NCBI GenBank assembly: GCA_026387455.1 | Contig: JAPLLR010000016.1 | Coordinates: 6,358 to 70,357, forward strand | DNA from: Candidatus Omnitrophota bacterium | GTDB lineage: Bacteria > Omnitrophota > Gorgyraeia > Gygaellales > Profunditerraquicolaceae | Direction: 5' to 3' | Length of the DNA stretch: 64,000 bases | Shown: positions 59,260 to 64,000 of the stretch, in pieces | How the letters are laid out: each line of letters opens with the position of its first letter | How positions within the stretch are numbered: the first letter of the stretch is position 1 | Made by a program: the position numbers and the translations under genes | Notes under the pieces: generated by a model | Database searches by the model: none | Told to the model about the DNA's origin: nothing | What the model saw: the letters and a program-made list of their open reading frames with translations, nothing else

Positions 59260-60138
59260 ATGAAAACAGAAGTCAAGAAGTTGGATGATTCAAAAAGAGA
59301 GTTGAATATTGAGGTAAGCGGAGAGATGGTCTCTAAGAAATTCGAGGACGCTTTCGCCCAGATCAGTAAAGAGGCAAAGGTTCCCGGATTTCGCTCGGGA
59401 CATGCCCCGCGGGACATGATCGAGAAGCAGTACGGCCCGCACGCCCATGAGCAGGTGCTTAAGGAGTTGGTTCCGGATATCTATAACAAGGCTATCGAAC
59501 AGGAAAAGCTGGATGTCATAGAGATGCCCGAGATCACCGATGTAAAGCTTGATCGCACCACGTTGTCTTTTAAAGCCAAGGTCGAGGTCTCTCCGGAGAT
59601 CAAGCTAGGAAGTTACAAAGGCATCGCCATAAATTATAAAAGAGTGAGCGTCAGCTCCGATGACGTCAAGCGCAGCATTGATTCCATAAAAGAATCCCGC
59701 AAGGCCGAGACTCTTGACGACAGTTTTGCCAAAAGTCTTGGGTATCCCAGCCTAAAAGAGTTTGAGGGCGCTATCGAGAGACAGATTTTCATCAATAAGG
59801 AAAATCAGGAGCACCAGAGGATCGAGTTCGATCTTATTGAGACGCTTTTGAAGAATCTGGATTTTAAGGCTCCCCAGGTATTGATCGGTCGGCAGCTGCA
59901 GGATTTGACCCGACAGGCTAAGGTGGATCTAGCGATGAAAGGCATGCCGCGCGAAAAAATTGAGAGCCAGAACGATACCTTAACCAAAGAGCTTACGCCG
60001 CAGGCAGAAAAGCAGGTGAGGGTATATTTGGTGTTGGCTGAGGTCGCTAAGAAAGAGAATATTTCCTTAGACGATCATATGCCGCGTAAGGTAATCGAGT
60101 TTTTGATGCGCGAAGCGGTGTGGAAAGAAAACGCTTAA
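59260..60138 (+). CDS. tig: Trigger factor, short form lacking the PPIase domain.
   Basis: The N-terminal ribosome-binding domain with the GFRSGHAP signature and a C-terminal arm domain are present. At 292 aa it is well short of a typical trigger factor (about 430 aa). A GAAAGGAAG RBS is present. Confidence 0.7.
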   Translation: MKTEVKKLDDSKRELNIEVSGEMVSKKFEDAFAQISKEAKVPGFRSGHAPRDMIEKQYGPHAHEQVLKELVPDIYNKAIEQEKLDVIEMPEITDVKLDRTTLSFKAKVEVSPEIKLGSYKGIAINYKRVSVSSDDVKRSIDSIKESRKAETLDDSFAKSLGYPSLKEFEGAIERQIFINKENQEHQRIEFDLIETLLKNLDFKAPQVLIGRQLQDLTRQAKVDLAMKGMPREKIESQNDTLTKELTPQAEKQVRVYLVLAEVAKKENISLDDHMPRKVIEFLMREAVWKENA

Positions 60139-60209
60139 AAAGAATTTTATCAAAGCACCTGGCCTTATAGGATAGGCCAGTGTTCCGCATTCTGCGGAAG
60201 GAGGGTATA

Positions 60210-60809
60210 GTGACTATCAAAAATCAGTTGTTAGTGCCAATGGTCATCGAGCAGACCAGCCGTGGTTATGAGCGGGCTTATGATATCTATTCCCGGCTGT
60301 TGAAGGACCGCATCGTTTTCATTGGCACCGCCATAGATGATTATGTGGCTAATCTGATCATCGCCCAGATGCTGTTTTTGCAGATGGAAGACGCGGCTAA
60401 GGATATCAACGTTTATATTAATTCTCCGGGCGGCTCAGTTACTGCGGGCCTTGCGATTTATGACACCATGCAGTTTGTCAAATGCGACGTGGCTACCTAT
60501 TGCGTGGGGCAGGCTTCTAGCATGGGCGCGTTGTTGTTGTGCGCCGGAACCAAAGGTAAGCGCCAGAGTTTGCCCAACTCTCGGATCATGATCCACCAGC
60601 CGTGGGGCGGGGTGCAGGGCGCGGCAGAAGATATCTCCCGTCATGCCAAAGAGATCCTTAAGATGCGCGATAGACTCAATGAGATCCTTGCTAAGCATAG
60701 CAGTCAGCCTCTTGAGAAGGTGCAAAAAGATACAGATAGGGATTATTTTATGTCTGCTGTTGAGGCAAAGGAATACGGATTGGTCGATATAGTGATCGCT
60801 GGAAAATAA
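60210..60809 (+). CDS. clpP: ATP-dependent Clp protease proteolytic subunit.
   Basis: [32 protein letters not shown] with the catalytic Ser/His/Asp context ([17 protein letters not shown]). The GTG start after a GGAGGG RBS is chosen over the upstream GTG inside the hairpin repeat. Confidence 0.85.
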   Translation: MTIKNQLLVPMVIEQTSRGYERAYDIYSRLLKDRIVFIGTAIDDYVANLIIAQMLFLQMEDAAKDINVYINSPGGSVTAGLAIYDTMQFVKCDVATYCVGQASSMGALLLCAGTKGKRQSLPNSRIMIHQPWGGVQGAAEDISRHAKEILKMRDRLNEILAKHSSQPLEKVQKDTDRDYFMSAVEAKEYGLVDIVIAGK

Positions 60810-60838
60810 CTTTAATTCAACTTTTGGGAGGTGCACTT

Positions 60839-61975
60839 ATGAGAAAGAATTATTTACTGACACCAGGGCCCACGCCTTTACCGCCGCAGGTATGCGAAGC
60901 TATGAGCCGGCCTATTATTCATCATCGCACGCCGCAGTTTCAGGCGATATTAAAGGAAGCAAACGAAGGGTTAAAGTATGCTTTTCAGACCCAGAATGAC
61001 GTTTTCATTTTAGCTTCATCAGGAACCGGGGCAATGGAAGCGGCAGTGGCCAATCTTTTGTCAGCGGGTGACACGGCTTTAGTGGTCCAGGCGGGAAAAT
61101 TTGGCGAGCGCTGGACAGAGCTATGCAAGGCTTATGGTGTAACTGCTGAGGTGATCAGCGTGGAATGGGGCAAGGCAGTTGATCCGGCCCAGATCCAGAA
61201 GAGCCTTAAGGCCAATCCTAAGATCAAAGCGGTATTTACTACACTTTGCGAAACCTCGACTGGTGTCGCTACCGATATCGAGGCGATCGGTAAGATTGTC
61301 AAAGATGGTGAAGCAGCCTTAGTGGTGGATGCTATTAGCGGGCTCGGAGCAATTGATCTAAAGTCAGATGCCTGGGGCGTGGATATGGTGGTGTCAGGTT
61401 CGCAAAAAGGGCTGATGCTTCCTCCGGGCTTAGGGTTTATTTCGCTAAGTTCAAAAGCCATGAAGCTGATTGAGGCTTCTAAGTCCCCCAAGTATTATTT
61501 CGATTTGCGTAAAGCCAAAAAAGCCATTGATAAGACCGATACGCCGTTTACTCCGGCGATCACTCTGATTATTGCTTTGGTCGAAGTCTTAAGAATGATG
61601 AAACAGGACGGTTTAGAAAATATTTTCAGCCGTCACAGAAAGATGGCTGATGCCACCCGCGCTGCGGTAAAGGCATTAGGTTTGGTTTTGTTTGCTCCTG
61701 ACGCCGCATCTGACGCGGTCACCGCGGCAGTGGTCCCGCAAGGGCTGGACGGTGAAAAGCTGGTCAAGACCATGCGCGATACCTACGGCGTGACCATTGC
61801 CGGCGGACAGGATGAGATGAAGGGTAAACTCATCCGCATTGCCCATATGGGTTTTATCGAAGAACTGGATATTATTGCCGGAATTTCTTGTTTGGAAAAA
61901 GTCCTTACTCAGATGGGATATAAGTTTCAGCTGGGTGCAGGTGTAAAGGCTGCCGAGGAAGTATTTTTAAAATAA
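60839..61975 (+). CDS. Class V aminotransferase (serine-pyruvate / alanine-glyoxylate / phosphoserine aminotransferase family).
   Basis: YLLTPGPTPLPPQVCEAM...SGSQKGLMLPPG (PLP-lysine region). It lies directly upstream of serA. ATG follows a GGGAGGTG RBS. Confidence 0.7.
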   Translation: MRKNYLLTPGPTPLPPQVCEAMSRPIIHHRTPQFQAILKEANEGLKYAFQTQNDVFILASSGTGAMEAAVANLLSAGDTALVVQAGKFGERWTELCKAYGVTAEVISVEWGKAVDPAQIQKSLKANPKIKAVFTTLCETSTGVATDIEAIGKIVKDGEAALVVDAISGLGAIDLKSDAWGVDMVVSGSQKGLMLPPGLGFISLSSKAMKLIEASKSPKYYFDLRKAKKAIDKTDTPFTPAITLIIALVEVLRMMKQDGLENIFSRHRKMADATRAAVKALGLVLFAPDAASDAVTAAVVPQGLDGEKLVKTMRDTYGVTIAGGQDEMKGKLIRIAHMGFIEELDIIAGISCLEKVLTQMGYKFQLGAGVKAAEEVFLK

Positions 61976-62008
61976 TTTAATCTGATGTTTTGGTGCTAGG
62001 AGGAAAGT

Positions 62009-63595
62009 ATGATTAAAATATTAGTCAGCGATGCTTTATCTGAAGAAGGGTTGAAAGTCCTGCGTGAAATCAAAGAGTTCCAGGTGGACGTTAAGACCGA
62101 TCTTAAGCCCGATGAATTAAAAGCTGTGATCAAGGATTACGATGCCCTTGTGGTAAGGAGTGCTACAAAAGTCACGAAAGAGGTGATCAATGCCGCGGAT
62201 AAGTTGCGTGCCATAGGCCGCGCGGGAGTAGGCTTGGACAATGTGGATTTGGATGCCGCTACTGCCAAAGGCGTGATCGTGATGAATACTCCGGCGGGAA
62301 ATACCATTTCTACGGCAGAACACACCTTTAGTATGATTTTAGCGCTTTCCCGGAATATCCCGCAGGCAAACGCCTCCATGAAAAAAGGGGAATGGAAACG
62401 TTCTAAGTTCATGGGTGTTGAGCTTTATAATAAGGTATTAGGTATTGCCGGTTTCGGCCGCATCGGTTCAGAGGTAGCCAAACGCGCCTTGTCATTCGGG
62501 ATGAAGGTGTTGGCGTATGATCCGTTCTTATCTAAGGAAGTCGCGGAAACCCTGGGCGTAGAAGTCGTAGAATTAAAAGATATCTTTGAGAAAGCGGATT
62601 ACATTACCGTGCACACTCCACTTACAGACGAAACAAGGCATATGATCTCTACCAAGGAATTTGCGATGATGAAGAAAGGCGTGCGCCTGGTCAATTGCGC
62701 GCGCGGAGGGATTATTGATGAGGCAGCCTTGATCGTTGCGGTAAAAGAGGGCAAGGTCGCAGGGGCGGCAATCGATGTCTTTGAGCAGGAGCCGTTGCCC
62801 GCGGATAGCGCATTCGCGACAACGGAAAACATTATTACCACTCCGCATCTGGGGGCTTCTACCGAGGAAGCTCAGGTGAATGTGGCGATTGAGGTGGCGG
62901 AGATCATCCGGGACGCGCTTTTAGGAAGAGGCATACGCAATGCCGCCAATTATCCCTGTCTTAAACCTGAAGAGTGTAAGATCATTGAGCCTTATATAAA
63001 TCTCGCCGAAAAGCTGGGGTCATTTTCCAGCCAGCTGATTGAGGGAAGAATTCAGGAGCTGAATATTAGCTACTTTGGTGAGATAGCCCAGCATGACCTG
63101 TCCCCCGTTACTTTAGCCATCGCCAAAGGGGTATTGAGCCCTATTTTGCAGGAGACAGTGAATTTCATCAATGCGGTGACCCTTGCCAAGGAAAGAGGTA
63201 TAAAGATCAACGAAGTCAAATCCAGCAAGGAAGCGGAGTTTGTTACCCTGATACAGCTTGAAATTAAGACGGATAAGGAGACTAAGAAAGTCTGTGGCAC
63301 GCTTTCAGCAAACAAGCAGCCGCGTATCGTCAAGATCGACGAGTATTACGTGGAATTTTATCCTATCGGTCAGATGCTTTTTGTGCGTAATTGGGATAGG
63401 CCGGGTTTAATCGGAAATCTAGGGAGCCTCATGGGTAAGCACAGTATCAATATCGCTGCCATGACCTTTGGCCGTGATGAGCCGGGGGGAAAAGCCATCA
63501 GCGTTTTGAATATTGATAGCCCCGCAACCGCGGAAGTTATCGAGAAGATCAAAAAGACAGAGAATATCTTAGCCGTAAAAGTGATTAAGACGTAA
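62009..63595 (+). CDS. serA: D-3-phosphoglycerate dehydrogenase with a C-terminal ACT domain.
   Basis: A 2-hydroxyacid dehydrogenase core (GIAGFGRIGSEVAKRA; catalytic RGG...E...H) is followed by ASB and ACT domains. Confidence 0.85.
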   Translation: MIKILVSDALSEEGLKVLREIKEFQVDVKTDLKPDELKAVIKDYDALVVRSATKVTKEVINAADKLRAIGRAGVGLDNVDLDAATAKGVIVMNTPAGNTISTAEHTFSMILALSRNIPQANASMKKGEWKRSKFMGVELYNKVLGIAGFGRIGSEVAKRALSFGMKVLAYDPFLSKEVAETLGVEVVELKDIFEKADYITVHTPLTDETRHMISTKEFAMMKKGVRLVNCARGGIIDEAALIVAVKEGKVAGAAIDVFEQEPLPADSAFATTENIITTPHLGASTEEAQVNVAIEVAEIIRDALLGRGIRNAANYPCLKPEECKIIEPYINLAEKLGSFSSQLIEGRIQELNISYFGEIAQHDLSPVTLAIAKGVLSPILQETVNFINAVTLAKERGIKINEVKSSKEAEFVTLIQLEIKTDKETKKVCGTLSANKQPRIVKIDEYYVEFYPIGQMLFVRNWDRPGLIGNLGSLMGKHSINIAAMTFGRDEPGGKAISVLNIDSPATAEVIEKIKKTENILAVKVIKT

Positions 63596-63613
63596 AAGAA
63601 AAGGAAAGTCTAC

Positions 63614-64000
63614 CATGTCGATACGTTATTGCGCGATTGCGCCTATCCTAGTTCTTTTTTCGTGTATCCTGGGCTTGGCATTTAATGTTAATGCAAAGGA
63701 GATTACTATTCTTCTTAGCGGTGAAACGCATGCCATGCTTTATCCCTGTAGTTGCCCTAGAGAGCCGGACGGCGGGATTGCCCGCAGGGTGACGTTGCTT
63801 AAACAGCTTAAAAAGAAATATCCTGATTCTCTTATAGTGGATTCCGGAGCTTATTTTGCCGGAGGCATTGCTGATGAATATTCGCAGAACACTGACTTGG
63901 ATATGGAGCGCACACGCCTTAACCTTAAGGCTATGGAATTGGCAGGGTATGATGTCGTAGGCATAGGAGATGATGAGCTTAATTTCGGGGAGAAGTTCTT
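63614..64000 (+). CDS. Secreted metallophosphoesterase / 5'-nucleotidase-like protein, N-terminal part. The gene continues past the window edge.
   Basis: An AGGAAAG RBS is followed by a signal peptide and then ITILLSGETHAMLYP...GDDELNFG, resembling calcineurin-like phosphoesterase N-termini. The frame is open to the end of the window. Confidence 0.45.

Overview
This 64-kb window is a gene-dense stretch of a Gram-negative bacterial chromosome with moderately low GC content. The lineage is not identifiable from sequence alone. Nearly all the confidently called genes are on the + strand; the exceptions are the convergent lpxB and Gfo/Idh/MocA pair and the hypothetical gene at 3162-4127.

Recognisable content, in order:
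- a glutamate-synthase small-subunit fragment; an unusual fusion protein with a PEP/pyruvate-binding (PPDK_N) domain; two adjacent pyruvate aldolases
- two cold-shock genes; pyrG-carA and only the N-terminal half of carB (split gene)
- a NIL-domain protein followed by a paralogous DUF3391-like/HD-GYP gene pair; a DUF1846 protein; a TVP38 membrane protein; a beta-CASP nuclease; bL27
- an M48 protease with a frameshift and internal deletion
- lpxB, a Gfo/Idh/MocA oxidoreductase and msbA; rpsB-tsf-pyrH-frr
- three tRNAs (Lys-TTT, Leu-TAG, Gly-GCC)
- a regulatory PTS module (ptsN, membrane-anchored yvcK, ptsH, ptsI); metK and ahcY; pfkA and a class II fructose-bisphosphate aldolase
- an ilvD-ilvB-ilvN-ilvC-leuA-aroE-pilD gene string
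- malQ and a HAD hydrolase
- a polyamine cluster (speH, speE, a saccharopine-dehydrogenase-like gene, a SET-domain gene, a deoxyhypusine-synthase-like gene)
- a disrupted heptose-kinase gene, then a complete kdsB-kdsA-kdsD-kdsC-lptC/A-lptB operon
- a short trigger factor lacking its PPIase domain; clpP; a serine-pathway aminotransferase; serA; and a partial secreted phosphoesterase at the 3' edge.

The most unusual signal is non-coding. Intergenic spaces are populated by families of short structured repeats:
- hairpins with a conserved TTATAGGA loop sitting just upstream of start codons
- a three-copy element in which the stem sequences differ between copies but stay base-paired
- a GC-rich, roughly 350-400 bp, highly structured element present in two copies 29 kb apart

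No CRISPR array, transposase or integrase gene is visible.
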